Assembly (NCBI RefSeq): GCF_004010195.1
Contig: NC_057749.1
Location: forward strand, 13,390,543-13,454,542
Length of the DNA: 64,000 nt
Reading direction: 5' to 3'
Source: Chiloscyllium plagiosum
Lineage: Eukaryota
The stretch's first letter is position 1, and the number at the start of each line of letters is the position of its first letter. Below are positions 27,820-40,428 of the stretch, piece by piece. The position numbers were made by a program, and so were the translations under genes. The notes under the pieces were generated by a model, which was not told where the DNA came from, did not search any database, and was given only the letters and a program-made list of their open reading frames with translations.

Positions 27820-28802
27820 CACCAGGATCTGTTTTGGGACCACTGCTGTTTGTCATTTTTATAAATGACTTAGACGCAGGCATAGGTGGATGGGTTAGTA
27901 AGTTTGCAGATGACACTAAAGTCGGTGGAATAGTGGACAGTGTGGAAAAATGTTGCAGGTTGCAGAGGGACTTAGATAAACTGCAGAATTGGGCTGAAAG
28001 GTGGCAAATGGAGTTCAATGCAGCTAAATGTGAGGTGATTCACTTTGGGAAGAATAACAGGAAGGTAGAGTACTGGGTCAATGGAAAGATTCTTGATAGT
28101 GTGGATGCGCAGAGGGATCTTGGAGTCCATGTACATAGATCACTGAAAGTTGCAACCCAGGATGATAGTGCTGTTAAGAAGGCATATGGTGTGTCAGGTT
28201 TTAATGGTAGAGGGATTGAGCTCCAGAGCTGTGATGTCATGCTGCAACTATACAAAACACTAGTGTGGCCGCACTTGGAATATTGCGTACAGTTCTGGTC
28301 GCCCCATTACAAGAAGGATATGGAAGCATTGGAAAAGGTGTAGAGGAGATTTACCAGGATGTTGCCTGGTCTGGAGGAAAGGTCTTATGAGGAAAGGCTG
28401 AGAGACTTGGGTCTGTTCTGATTGGAAAGAAGAAGGTTAAGAGGGGATTTAATAGAGACCTATAAGATGATCAGAGGATTAGATAGGGTAGACAATGAAA
28501 ATCTTTTTCCTAGGATGATGACGTCAGCATGTATGAGGGGGCATAGCTACAAATTGAGGGGTGATAGATTTAAGACAGATGTCAGGGGCAGGTTCTTTAC
28601 GCAGAGAGTGGTAAGGGCGTGGAATGTCCTACCTGCCAAAGTAGTTAACTCAGCCACTTTAGGGAGATTTAAACAATCCTTGGATAAGCTAATGGATGAT
28701 GATGGGATAGTGTAGGAGGATGGGCTTAGATTAGTTCACAGCTTGGCGTAACATCGAGGGCCAAAGGACCTGTTCTGCGCTGTGTTGTTCTATGTTCTAT
28801 GA
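27820..28802 (+). mobile_element. CR1/HER1 LINE 3' fragment (RT C-terminal half and 3' UTR)
   Basis: [13 protein letters not shown]...FADDTK...LEYCVQFWSP, in-frame stop, tgttctatgttctatg tail. Confidence 0.92.
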
Positions 28803-29027
28803 TATGGTGGTACATTGGTTACAGTACAGTCTGAAGAATGTGAGTTGCAGCCTTCCGTGGTGTTTTGACAGTTTGAATTTGATTAAAACAAAAAGTCTGT
28901 AAGTAAAAGGTCGGGAGCATTAACCACAAACCTGTTGATAAAAATTGATTAACATTCTTTAAAGAATTGGAAAGAATCTTGAAAACTCTGCTGACTCTGA
29001 ACAGAAACCAGTGGTAGTTAACTCTCA

Positions 29028-29179
29028 GACAGTAAGGACTGCGGATGCTGGAAGTCAGAGTCAATAGATGTGAAGCTGGAAAAGCACAGCAAGTCAGACA
29101 GCATCCGAGGAGCAGAAAAGTCAACAGTTTGGGTCAAAACGTTGACCTTCCTGCTCCTCAGATGCTGTCTGACCCGCTA
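29028..29179. mobile_element. Fold-back PLE cassette with collapsed centre, 13-bp TSD (1 mismatch)
   Basis: tagttaactctca 29015-29027 / taggtaactctca 29180-29192; inverted arms gtcagacagcatc... / ...gatgctgtctgac. Confidence 0.7.
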
Positions 29180-29826
29180 TAGGTAACTCTCAACTGACTT
29201 CTGAGGTGGTCTATTGTTGGGTCAATCGCTTTCTGTCCTGCCTGTTGGGTCTCTGAAGCCCTATTCACTGTCTGATGCATCTCCAGGGTGTCTATACATG
29301 TGCTGTGCTCCCCACTGAACCAATTTGCATCCAAGGAGGTCTCAGCATCACCGTCTCAGGGCAAATCAGGCTGGTCAATAAATATCGATGAATAGACCTC
29401 CTGACAATGAATATTAGACAAAATATTCAGTCACATTGCCAACATCTCAGTTTGTTCTTCAGAGGATGCATGATGAATTTTGGCCTGTTGATACACAGGC
29501 TGTCAATCATTGTTGGATCGAAAGCTTGAAGAATTGGAACATTTCTACCATTCAATGAGATTCTGGCTGATCTGTATTTGAACTGCATCCACCATCATCC
29601 ATAATCCATTGTCTAACAAAGCTCTGTCCATCGCTGATTTTGAATCATACAAAATCAGAAATTGCTGGAGAAACTCACCAGGCCCAGCAGCATCTGTGAA
29701 GAGAAAACAGAGCTAACGTTTTGAGTCCAGTGACCCTTTTTCAGAACACTGGCTTAGAATGGTTAATTGAGTCAGCATCCACTGCTCTTTGCAGGAAGTT
29801 GCTTGTTAACTTCTCTCCCTGAATGA

Positions 29827-30043
29827 TGTAGAGATGTTGGTGTTGAACTGAGGTGGACAAAGTCAGAAGTCACACCGCACCAGGTTATGGTCCAATAGGT
29901 TTACTTGAAATCACAAACTTTCGGAGCACTGCTCCTTCCTCAGGTGAAGCCATTTTACCTGACAAGGGGGCAACACTCCGAAAGATTGTGATTTCAAATA
30001 AATCCTATTGAACTACAACCTGGTGTCGTGTGACTTCTGACAA
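29827..30043. mobile_element. Fold-back PLE cassette (third family, older copy)
   Basis: arms about 29862-29946 and 29955-30041, degenerate hammerhead cores on both strands, degenerate TSD tctc(c/t)tgaatga; same family as 48279. Confidence 0.75.
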
Positions 30044-30644
30044 TCTCTTGAATGACCTTGCTCTGTTTTGAGGCTACATCCCTTTTGTCCTAGACTCCCA
30101 TCATCAGTGCAAATACCAGAGCTCAGCTGAATCTATGTCGGTGTGTGGTTTGGAAGGGTACTTGGATGTGATGCACCTGCTACCCTCTGTTGCATTCTTA
30201 TTTATCACAAACATACAATTATATTACAAAGCTTGGAAAAATAATTTTATGGGGATTTTTATTTGAAGATAAGACAACATAGATATTATGATATCTAACA
30301 TAGCGGAGACATATTCAACCTCTATGATTTCTATTCTTTTATGACTCAGAATCACGGGAATAATACATCACATCCTGTCTCAAGGTAGTGATTGGCATCA
30401 GTTTAAGGGGGCACCATCTCTCAATCACATCAGAACCCTCTGGTCCTTCTAGCTATTGGAGGCTGTGTGCTTAGGAGTTTCTGTCAATGGCAGTGTTAAG
30501 GGTGTAGCACACTGCATCTTGTAAATGATACTCACTACATCCATGGACTGCCAGAGAGTAATCATATCAGGTGGTGGATGGAAGCCCATCCAACAGGCTA
30601 CTTGTCATGGATGGTGTCAAGTTCCTTGACTGTTGTTGCAACAT

Positions 30645-30958
30645 CGTCGAGAATGTAGCACTGGAAAAGCACAGCATGTCAGGCAGCATCTGAGGAGCAG
30701 GAGAATCGACGTTTCGGGCATAAGCCCTTCATTAGGAATGAGGCTTGTGGGCTGGGGGGCTGAGAGATAAATGGGAGGAGGGTGGGGTTGGGGGGGAGAT
30801 AGCTGATAAAGCGATAGGTAGATGAAGTTGAGGGAGAAGGTGATTGGTCGGGGAGGGTGGAGCAGATAGATGGGAAAAGTGATGGGCAGGTCAGGAGGGC
30901 GATGCCCATGAGGTGTTCTTCCTCCAGGCATCGGGGTCACCCATCCAGGCAAGTGGAG
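30645..30958 (-). mobile_element. Penelope-like element 3' fragment (GIY-YIG C-terminal remnant, 3' UTR, hammerhead-bearing repeat)
   Basis: minus strand cctggaggaagaacacctc (LEEEHL, typical of the PLE endonuclease C-terminus), C-rich UTR, then cCTAATGAagggcttatgcccGAAACGTC. Confidence 0.7.
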
Positions 30959-31567
30959 AATGTTCTGGACTTGGGCAGTTTAGGTGGGGAGAAATTTTGG
31001 GTATTCAGCCCTCAGCACAGAGTACTCAGACTCTGAAATATCCTCATAGCCATGGCATTTATATGGCTGGACCAGTGGTATTTATTGTCAGTGACAACCC
31101 TCAGGAAGCTGATGATCTGGGAGCTGGTGATGCTCATGCTATTGAGTGCCTGAGCTAGTCAGAAGCAGTTAACACAGGGCAATTCAAGGATAGTGAACCT
31201 TGGCTGATCAGTAAGTGTGAGCACAGGCTAAATGGGAAAAGAAAGCACAGGCTACTCAGGGAGAGGGAGACTGGAGTAAGCAGAGACAGATTTACAAAAG
31301 ATTTTGTTTAACAATTTGAATTTTCTGAGCAGCACATGTAGACAAACAGAATGCAACAGATTATGTAATGTATTGATTGTCAGAAGACATTATTAAGACA
31401 CAAAATTGGCAATTTAAATTATAACAACCCCACAGGGAATTGAAATCAAGCACAGGCTTCTCTCTTGAGCCCTATTACTTTCTTGCAATTTATCAAAGAA
31501 AATATAAATGAGCCTCTTCAGATCATTGAGATCTACATAGCGCTTTGTCCCCTGACACCCCCCACGC

Positions 31568-31570
<3 letters not shown>

Positions 31571-31601
<31 letters not shown>
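31571..31601. repeat. (CA)n microsatellite
   Basis: direct reading. Confidence 0.95.
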
Positions 31602-31603
<2 letters not shown>

Positions 31604-33354
31604 CATTTGCAAACAGAAGAGGAACATCACGTCAGCTACAGCACAAACATGGTCAGGGGCACATGGAACTCACCTCAAGTTGTGGGTTCAAGTCCCACTG
31701 CTTTGACCTGAATATGAAGTCAAGGCCAGCAGAGGTTTATTTCTAACTTGTTCATAGCAAGTAGACATCACTGCCCAAGGTTAGCATTTTTTTGCCAATC
31801 ATTCATTGCCCTTGAACTGACTGGTTTGCTATGGCCATTTCAGAGGGCAGGAAGAGTCATATTGCTATGGGTCTGGAGTCACACATAAACTACACGAGGG
31901 AAAGATTTCTTTCCTTGGAGGATGTTAGTGAATCAGATGGATTTCTAAAACCATCAGCAATGATTACATGGTCACTATTACACCAGCTTTTAATTCTGGA
32001 TTTTGTTAAATTCAAACTTCACCATCTATCCTGGTGGGATTTGGATCAACACCAACCTTGACCCTAGCCTAGGCTTCTGGATGATTTAACTGAGTGATAT
32101 TTCCACTACACCACCACCTTCCTACTGCTGTGCTGTGGGACAGAGCTGTCTTTTGGCTGAGATCTTAAATCCAGCGCTCTTGGGTTGGTGTAAAAGATCC
32201 CAGGGGGTTATTCTAAAGGAGAGCCAGGGAGTCCTCCCTAGTTTTCTTGCGAATGTTATCCCTCAATGAACATCACTCAAAACAGATTGCCCAGGAATTT
32301 ACTGTGCACAAATGTAACTGTTGTGCTTTCTGCATACAGCAGTGACCATATTTCAAAAGTACATCGTTAGCTGTAAACTGCCTTTTCTTTCCTTGTACCT
32401 TGTTCAGAGTGGGGTATCCATACAAGCTCTGCTCCCCTATTGCCCAACTCTGCTGAAGATTTAGACAGAATTGCAAGTTGCAGGATTAAACTGCTGAAAG
32501 GGTCGAAATTGCACATTGTGCTTAGTGCTGAGCTGCCCACTACTGTCAGCTTCCTGCTGGTGGGGCTGGCTCCTAACAGCTGCTGGGTACATCTCGGCTT
32601 GAGCCAAACGATTAACTTTATAATTAAATATTTCACTAAGTGTGGAAATGCTTTTAAGCAATAAGAGACAGGCAGGAGTGTAGCAGGTTGGTAATTGATT
32701 TTTATGCAGCTTGTCATCCATTATAACCCATGACAGCACTGCAAATCTGCTACTGCGATTGAGTCAGATCTTCTAGACTTCACAGTCGCAGTTCCAGGGT
32801 TTAGACCAGCAATTCTCAAAGTTTTGCAGCAACGGTGCATTTCACGAGCACGTATCATTGTTTATAAAAGTGGAAGGAAGTTGCATGTATAAAGCACCTT
32901 TCAGGGCCTCAGTTCATCCCAGATTGTTTTCCAGGCAAGAAGACAGGAGTCAGTCAGTTTGTGTAGAGCTAGCTTTCAAAATCAACAATGCAAAGCCCCT
33001 AAGACAGCACCTTCCAAACCCACAACCACAACTACTCTCGAAGGACAAGGGCAGCAGATATGTGGCAACACTGACATCTGCAAGCCACACAATATCCTAA
33101 GTTTTTTTAAAAATTTGTTCCTGAGTTGTGGTATTGCTGTCTGACTTAGCATTTATTGCCTAGCCCTAATTGTCTATTGACTGGCTGGCTAAGGCCAGAG
33201 AGCAGTTAAGAATCAACCACATTGCTGTGTGTCACATGTATGACAGACTGGGTAAAGCTGACAGATTTATTTCCTTCAAGGATAAGTGTCTCCAAAGAGG
33301 TGGGCTTGAGAGGAGGAGAGAGAGGTGGAGAGGATGCTATTTCATTCAGTAATG

Positions 33355-33560
33355 CCCAGGTGGGGGTTAGTTGGCTCAGTCAGCTGGTTTGTGATAAAAT
33401 TTGATGCCAGCAGCATGGATTCAATAGCCAGACAGGCTGAGTTTACCATGAAGGGTTCTCCTTCTCAACCTCTCCCCTCACCTGAAGTATGGTCAGCCTC
33501 AAATTAAACCACCACCAGTTGTCTTTCAAGAGAGAGCAGTCCTATGGTCTGGCAAGACAA
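33355..33560 (+). mobile_element. Unclassified short tRNA-like SINE
   Basis: ttagttggctcag head, ctcaggttaaaccaccacc-like core. Copies at about 20650-20825 (-), 25480-25625 (+), 44330-44462 (-). Confidence 0.55.
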
Positions 33561-34965
33561 TCAGCAGTGATTTCATGGTTGCCATTTGGCTAACCTTTTA
33601 ATTCAAATTTTCCTTTATTGAATTCAAATTTCATCATCTGCTACAATGAGGTTAGAACCCATGTTCCTAAAACATCAATCTGGGTTTCTGGATTACTAGT
33701 CCAGTGATATTACCACTGCTCCACTCCTTCCCATAGCTTCCCCTGACTTGGAAATATATCACTGTTCCTTCATTGTTGCTGGGTCAAACTTCTGCGATTC
33801 CTTTCCTGCAGCATTGTGGGTCTACTGACACCAAATGGACTGCAGTGAATCAGGAAAGGAGCTCACCATCACCTTCTCAAGACATTTAGGGATGGACAAT
33901 GAATGTTGGTCCAGCCAGTCCCCTAAGATTAATAAAAATGATACTGACCAGATACTTGCATCTTTTTAACAGCAATGTTCATTGAAGGATAATTATTAAC
34001 TCATGATACTGGAGGAGAGATTACTCTCCTCTGTTTTCAAATAGTGCCACGGAATCTTTCATAAACTCAGTTTAGCATTTCATTTGACAGATAGCCCCTC
34101 AAACTGTGCAGCTGTCCTTCAGAACTGCATGGAGTGTCAGCCTTGAATTTGTGACAAGATCTCTGAAGTGAGACTTGAGTCTACAACTACCTCAGAGAGG
34201 AGAGAGCCATACCAATTACTAGAGCTAACTTATAACCCGTGTTTGCTTATAGACATTCCTACATGCTAACAAATGAATCAGAAACAGGAAAGAGGCCATT
34301 CGGCCCCTCAAGCATGCATTGCCTTTCAATAAACCACACCTGATCAGATTGTGCCTTCAACTTTACTTTCCTGTCTGTCCTCCAGTACCTACTGACTTCC
34401 TTGTTAGTCCAGAGTCCATATATCTCAGCATTAAAAATATTCCATGACTCAGCCTCCACTGCTCTCTTGGAAAACGAAAATATATTCTCCTCATCCCATC
34501 TTCAGTGGGAGATCCCTTATTTTAATACTGTGTCCTTTGGTTCTAGTCTCTCCCACAAGGCAAAACATCCTCTCAGCATCCATCCTGTCATGTCTTCACA
34601 GGATCTAACTTGTTTCAATGAGATTGCCTCTTATTCTTCAATATCCAATGGATACATTCAGTCCTACCTTCACTTAAGAGCTAAACCCTTCATCTCAGGA
34701 AAAAGTCAAGTGAGCGTTTTCTGAACAGTTTCTAATACAATTATTCTCTTTCTGAAATAATGAGATCAAAAACTGCACGCAGTACTCTAGATGTGTTCTC
34801 AGCAATGCCCTGTACAACAGCCATATTTTTATATTCCATTCCCCCTGTAATAAATGACAACATTCCATTTGTCATTCCCAATTTTCATCACCTGACTATT
34901 AATAGCTATATCTCTGGTCTTTGGGTCCTAAAGTGTGGAAGTTCCCAATAACTACCTACCAAAAT

Positions 34966-35190
34966 GTCAAGAGTGTGGTGCTGGAAGAGCACAGCAGATC
35001 AGGTAGCATCCGAGGAGCAGGAGAATCAACATTCTGGGAATGAGCCCTTCATCAGAAACTTGTCCTGAAGAAGGGCTTATGCCCAAAACGTCAATTCTCC
35101 TGCTCCTTGGATGCTGCCTGACCTGCTGTGCTTTTCCAGCACCACACTCTTGACTCTGACCTCCAGCATCTGCAGTCCTCACATTCTCCT
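34966..35190. mobile_element. Fold-back PLE cassette, 90-bp arms, hammerhead cores on both strands
   Basis: arms 34966-35055 and 35065-35154, then a 36-nt unpaired tail; TSD unclear. Confidence 0.8.
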
Positions 35191-35717
35191 AGTCCTTAAA
35201 ATGGGCCTCTTTGACCCAGCTTTTAACTACTGACACTAATACTTCTGTACATGGCCCAGTGTCTTACTCTGTTTGATAAATCTCCTGTTAACTGTGTCAT
35301 CTGACTATGTTAAAGATGTTATATAAATGCAAACCCTTTTTGACACTGTGGGAAACATCATAAAGTGGCATCCCGAATACTGAATGTTTTTGTACAACTG
35401 AGGCAAGTGAATAAATGAAAGATTTTGCAAAAATAAAAGAACTGCAGGTGCTGGAAATCAGAGACAAAATCAGAAATTCCTGAAAAAGACTCAGCAGGTC
35501 TGGCAGTATTTGAGCAGAGAAAGTAGAGTTAACATTTCGGGTCCAGTGATTTGTGCTTTTATGAAAGACTTTACAGAAGCTGGAAATGGTCTGCACTGAA
35601 TAATGGCTGTTTTTGAGATCCATCCTTATGGCTGAAACAAAGGTAGCTTATAGCTCCAGTAAAGCACTGTGGGGATTTGTCACGCACTGTGTTGACATGC
35701 AATCTTGTCTTTGGTAG

Positions 35718-35906
35718 GCTTGGTCAGGAAGGGACTGTGTCAGACCTTGAGATCATCTCGCAGCAGGTGGAGGAGGAGAGCCAGTGCATCGCCCCTGTGC
35801 AACTTGTCAGCTTCGGCTATCGTGACCTGCCCCTGGCTGCACTTGACCTCTCGTTGGCCGGGTCACAGCTACTTTCCAACATGGATGACGACGATCAAAG
35901 AGAGAG
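35718..35906 (+). CDS. TMEM266: TMEM266 coding exon (N-terminal cytoplasmic region), 189 nt, phase 2/2
   Basis: ttggtag|g acceptor and ag|gtgagc donor; translates LGQEGTVSDLEIISQQVEEESQCIAPVQLVSFGYRDLPLAALDLSLAGSQLLSNMDDDDQRE, matching my recollection of vertebrate TMEM266 (EIISQQVDEE...IAPVQLVNFAYRDLPLAA). Confidence 0.93.
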
Positions 35907-36269
35907 GTGAGCAGGTCATCAGATATTTCGGCTCTTTTTTTTTATCTTTGGGAAAAGAAAGCTCTTTAATTTGATATCTTCCTACTGGTCTCAACACTTA
36001 TAGTTGTTCAGTAGAACAGAACTTGAGTATTGCTGGTAGAAAGAGAAATGCTGTTTTCATCAGGACAGATGCAAGAATGCCAAATTTCAAAGGGAGCAAT
36101 AATTTAGACTGCATGAAATAAGGGTGCTGATTATTCCTGGTTACTAATCCACCATCATGCAGCTATCTCTGAGCACAGCTTGCATGGGTCAGTCATGCCT
36201 CTGGCTGAGTTTAGCCTAAAGGTCCCCCCTTCTTAATCCTGACCCTCGACCGAGCTGTAGTGAGTTGAG

Positions 36270-37345
36270 TCAGCACACAAGTAAACCTTCCATCCATCTA
36301 TACTTTTCCCTGCCTCGGGAAGGCAGCCAATATCATCAAAGACCCCTCCCAAACCCGGTTCCAATCTCTTCAAATCTCTTCCATCAGGTAGGAGATTAAA
36401 AACTGTAAACATGTGTACCGACAAATTCAAGAGCAGCCTCTTCCCCACTATTATCAGATTTCTGAATGGACCTCTCAGATTTTAAATTTAAATGTTGATG
36501 TTGCTGTCTGTGCACCTCCTCAGCAGCCATCTTTTTTTAAATAGAAACCCTACAGTGTGGAAACAGGCCATTCAGCCCTACAAGTCCACACCGACGCTCC
36601 AAAGCTTAACCCACCCAGACCCATTTCCCCTACTACTCTACATTTGCCCCTAACTAATGCACCTAACCAACACATCCCTGGACACTATGTGCAATTTTAT
36701 CATAGCCAATTCACCTAACCTGCACATCTTTGGATTGTGGGAGGAAACCGGAGCACCCGGAGGAAACCCGCACAGACACGGGGAGAATGTGCAAACTTCA
36801 CACAGACAGTCACGCGAAGCTGGGATTGAACTTGGATCCCTAGCATTGTGGGCCACCATGCTGCCCAGTCCATGTCAACTATAATCCCAGACAAAACTAG
36901 TCCCACCTGCCTGTGTTTGCCCCATATTGCTCCAACGTTCCTTATCCAAATGTCTTTTAAATGTTCTAAGTGTACCTGCACTTCCCCGGAAGTTCATCCC
37001 ACAGACATCCCCTAACTAATGCACCTAACCAACACATCCCTGGACACTATGTGCAATTTTATCATAGCCAATTCACCTAACCTGCACATCTTTGGATTGT
37101 GGGAGGAAACCGGAGCACCCGGAGGAAACCCGCACAGACACGGGGAGAATGTGCAAACTTCACACAGACAGTCACGCGAAGCTGGGATTGAACTTGGATC
37201 CCTAGCATTGTGGGCCACCATGCTGCCCTAATATTGTATTCCTCACTCTGTTTATTACCCTAATACACTTTGGTCTGGTCTGCCTGTACTAAACACAAAA
37301 CAGATCTTTTCACCGTACCTAGGTACATGTGATAATAATAATCAA
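36270..37345 (+). mobile_element. LINE 3' fragment (Rex1/L2-like) interrupted by an HE1 SINE and a duplication
   Basis: LPSGRRLK...KFKSSLFP C-terminal motif; tail acatgtgataataat. Confidence 0.55.
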
Positions 37346-38615
37346 ATTTAAAAAAACACCAGTTGTCTATCTCACTTTAATGGGAGAGCAGCCCTATGGT
37401 CTGGTAAGATTGTGGTGACTTCACCATGTCATTATTGAACAGTGAAAGATGCTTCAAGGACTGTGTAGTTCTACTCCTAATTCCCATGTTCATTAAAGCA
37501 AAATAGCTCAGAAGATATCCCTGGCTTCTGTTTATTGAAATTAAAGAGGATAACTTCTATTCTCCAAACTACAGGCAGTAATCCAGCTATTATTCTGAGA
37601 CAAATTATGATTTGATTAATTGCAATTTAAATTGTTGTTGCACTATTACATCTGTGATTAATATTTAACAAGGTGCCACCACGTTGACAATCAATTTTCC
37701 CATGAACAGCAAAGCCCAATGAAGGTTTCCTTCCTTCTGCTAGTTACTGAGCATTGCCTGGAAGTGATTAATACAAAATTACTTTGTACCAAAAGTGATT
37801 GAAATAATATCAATTGATTACCTTGAATATTGGATGAGAGCACGATAATTTATTGCAGCTCATGTTTTTACCAAAGATGTCAAAGCAGGTGAAACCTTTT
37901 CAGAAAGTGTCCCAAGTGATCAGGTTGAAAGGAAAGTATTTTGCATTAACATAGCACCCGCCACCTCCCCAGGCTCTCTCAAAACTCCTCACAGCCAATT
38001 GATTTGATACTGAATTTGAAGTAAAGTTGCTGTTATAATGTGGGCAAATGAGGCAGAGATACAGTCAGAGTCATAGAGTCATACAGCACAGAAACAGACC
38101 CTTTGGTCCAACCAGTCCGTGTCAACTATAATCCCAGACAAAACTAGTCCCACCTGCCTGTGTTTGCCCCATATTGCTCCAACGTTCCTTATCCAACTGT
38201 CTTTTAAATGTTCTAAGTGTACCTGCACTTCCCCGGAAGTTCATCCCACAGTCATTTTGTTTCACAGACAGCAAGATTCCACAAATAGTGGTGAGACAGA
38301 TGATGTTATCATCTATTTAAGTGGGGTAGATGCCAGGAAATGCTGGGAAATATTCAATAGGTTAGAAAGCAGCTATGTGAGGGAATGATGTCAGATTTAA
38401 AGTTTCAGGTCAATGACCTTTCATCAGAAGAAGGACATGTCAAAGATGATCAATTTTTAAGAAAATATTCAGGGCCAGAGAGACAAGAGGGACTGAACAT
38501 GGATATAGAGGTCTGTGTTTGGATGGAGAGCAGCAGAGGTTGATTGTTAATAGGGACAATAGTAAAATGCAAAAAAGGAGGTGACAATGAGACAAGAACA
38601 AAAGAGGTTTTTAAG

Positions 38616-39010
38616 GTTTTTGTGAAGATCTGGAGCTTGGGTTGTGGATGAGGTAGTTGATTAGCTCACCAAGCTGCTGGTTTATCATGCAGACGTTTCA
38701 TTACCGCGCTAGGTAACATCATCAGGGTGAAGCACTGTCATTCTGTTCTGCTTGGTTTTTATGGAGTCTGGTCTGGTGGGCTGAGTGTCACTTTCCAAAG
38801 TATGACAAAGTAACCATTCTAGGACAAGCTAACCAGACACATGCCGAAGAGTTCTTGGAAACCTGGTTTTCAACCAAAAAGACCATCAACAAACACATAG
38901 AGATAGACCCAGTGTACAAACTGCTGCAGAGAAGACCCGGAATTGAGCACGGTAATGAAACATCTACACGATAACCCAGCAGCTCGGTGAGCTAACCAAC
39001 TACCTCAACC
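38616..39010. mobile_element. Poseidon-type PLE fragment with inverted termini, GIY-YIG C-terminal remnant and hammerhead
   Basis: 38801-38946 (+) reads YDKVTILGQANQTHAEEFLETWFSTKKTINKHIEIDPVYKLL; inverted arms about 38649-38710 and 38946-39007. Confidence 0.75.
38688..38728 (-). ncRNA. Minimal hammerhead ribozyme motif
   Basis: minus strand CUGAUGA-u-guuacc(uagcgc)gguaau-GAAAC-GUC; stem I weak. Confidence 0.6.
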
Positions 39011-40123
39011 AGGCAGAGGCAGGAATGGTTACAACGGAATGTCAAAGGTTATTTTGACTAAGGACTGGAGACTGGGTATAACTCAAAGTAAAGTCAAAGT
39101 ACTATGGATTCTGGAGGTTTGAAAGACAAACAGAAAGGTTTCATTGGGTAAGCAATGGTCTAGTGATTTTAGATTTGGGAATCCAGAGACACAAGTAATG
39201 TTGTGCGGATCTAGGTTCATAATCCAGATGGTGAAATTTGAATTCAATAAAAATCTGGAACCATAAATCTAATGGTGACTGTGAAATTGTTGTCAATTTT
39301 TAAATTCTTTGATGGGATGAGGATGTCATTGGCTGGGCCAGCATTTATTGCCCATCCCAAATTGTCCAGAGGGCAGTTAAGAGTCAATCACATTGCTGTG
39401 GGTCTGGAGTCACATCTAGGCCAGACTGGGTAAGGTCAGCAGTTTCCTTCCCTGAAGGACATCAGTGGGCCAAATGGGTTTTTCCAACAATTGTCATTAA
39501 AAACCCATCTGATTCACTAATGCTCTTTAAGGAAGGAAAAACTGTGGTCCTTACTTGGCCTACGTGTGACTCCACACCAACAGCAAGGAGCCTAACTCTT
39601 AACTGCCCCCTGAAATGGCCAAGCAAACCACTGAGTTGTCTCAACCACTACAAAGTCTCAAAATAGGAATGAAAGCAGATGGATCAGCTGATGTCAAATA
39701 GGCAACAGAAAAAATAAAAGGCAAATGCACCCTTGTCAATTATTAAAGCCCACCTTACTGGGGACTAGTGCCAAAATTGGGAGTGCTCGCTTACAGAATA
39801 TTCAAGTAGCAATGTGACATTTGTCCAGAGGAGTGTAAGTTGAAAAGCCTCAACAACAAAACTCTCTTTTCAACTATATTCTGCATTTATGAATGGCTGT
39901 ACATATGAAGGAAAGCCAACATCAGTTTATTAAATATAGCATACTCCAGCTAATATGTACAACGTGGTTAATATAGCACATATAATGCAGTCCCATGTAT
40001 CCAATGCAACAATACAAAATGAAACAACAGAAATTGCTGGAAAAACCCAGCAGGTCTGGCAGCATGTGTTGAGAGAAATCAGAGTTAACGTTTTGGTTCC
40101 AATTACCCATCTTCAGAACGATA

Positions 40124-40428
40124 TTAGATTAATTACAGAGTGGAAACAGGCCCTTCGGCCCAACAAGTCCAAACCGCCCCGCTGAAGCGCAACCCACCCA
40201 TACTCCTACATCTACCCCTTACCTAACACTACGGGCAATTTAGCATGGCCAATTCACCTAACCTGCACATCTTTGGACTGTGGGAGGAAACCGGAGCACC
40301 CGGAGGAAACCCACACAGACACGGGGAGAACGTGCAAACTCCACACAGTCAGTCGCCTGAGGCGGGAATTGAACCCGGGTCTCTGGCACTGTGAGGCAGC
40401 AGTGCTAACCGCTGTGCCACCGTGCCAC
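40124..40428 (-). mobile_element. HE1-type SINE, young full-length copy
   Basis: close reverse complement of 61088-61402. Confidence 0.9.

Noticed and set aside
34966..35154. Fold-backs as miRNA precursors, terminators or DNA-transposon MITEs
   Set aside because: Asymmetric tails, long variable TSDs, hammerhead cores and linkage to PLE coding remnants fit retro-insertion better
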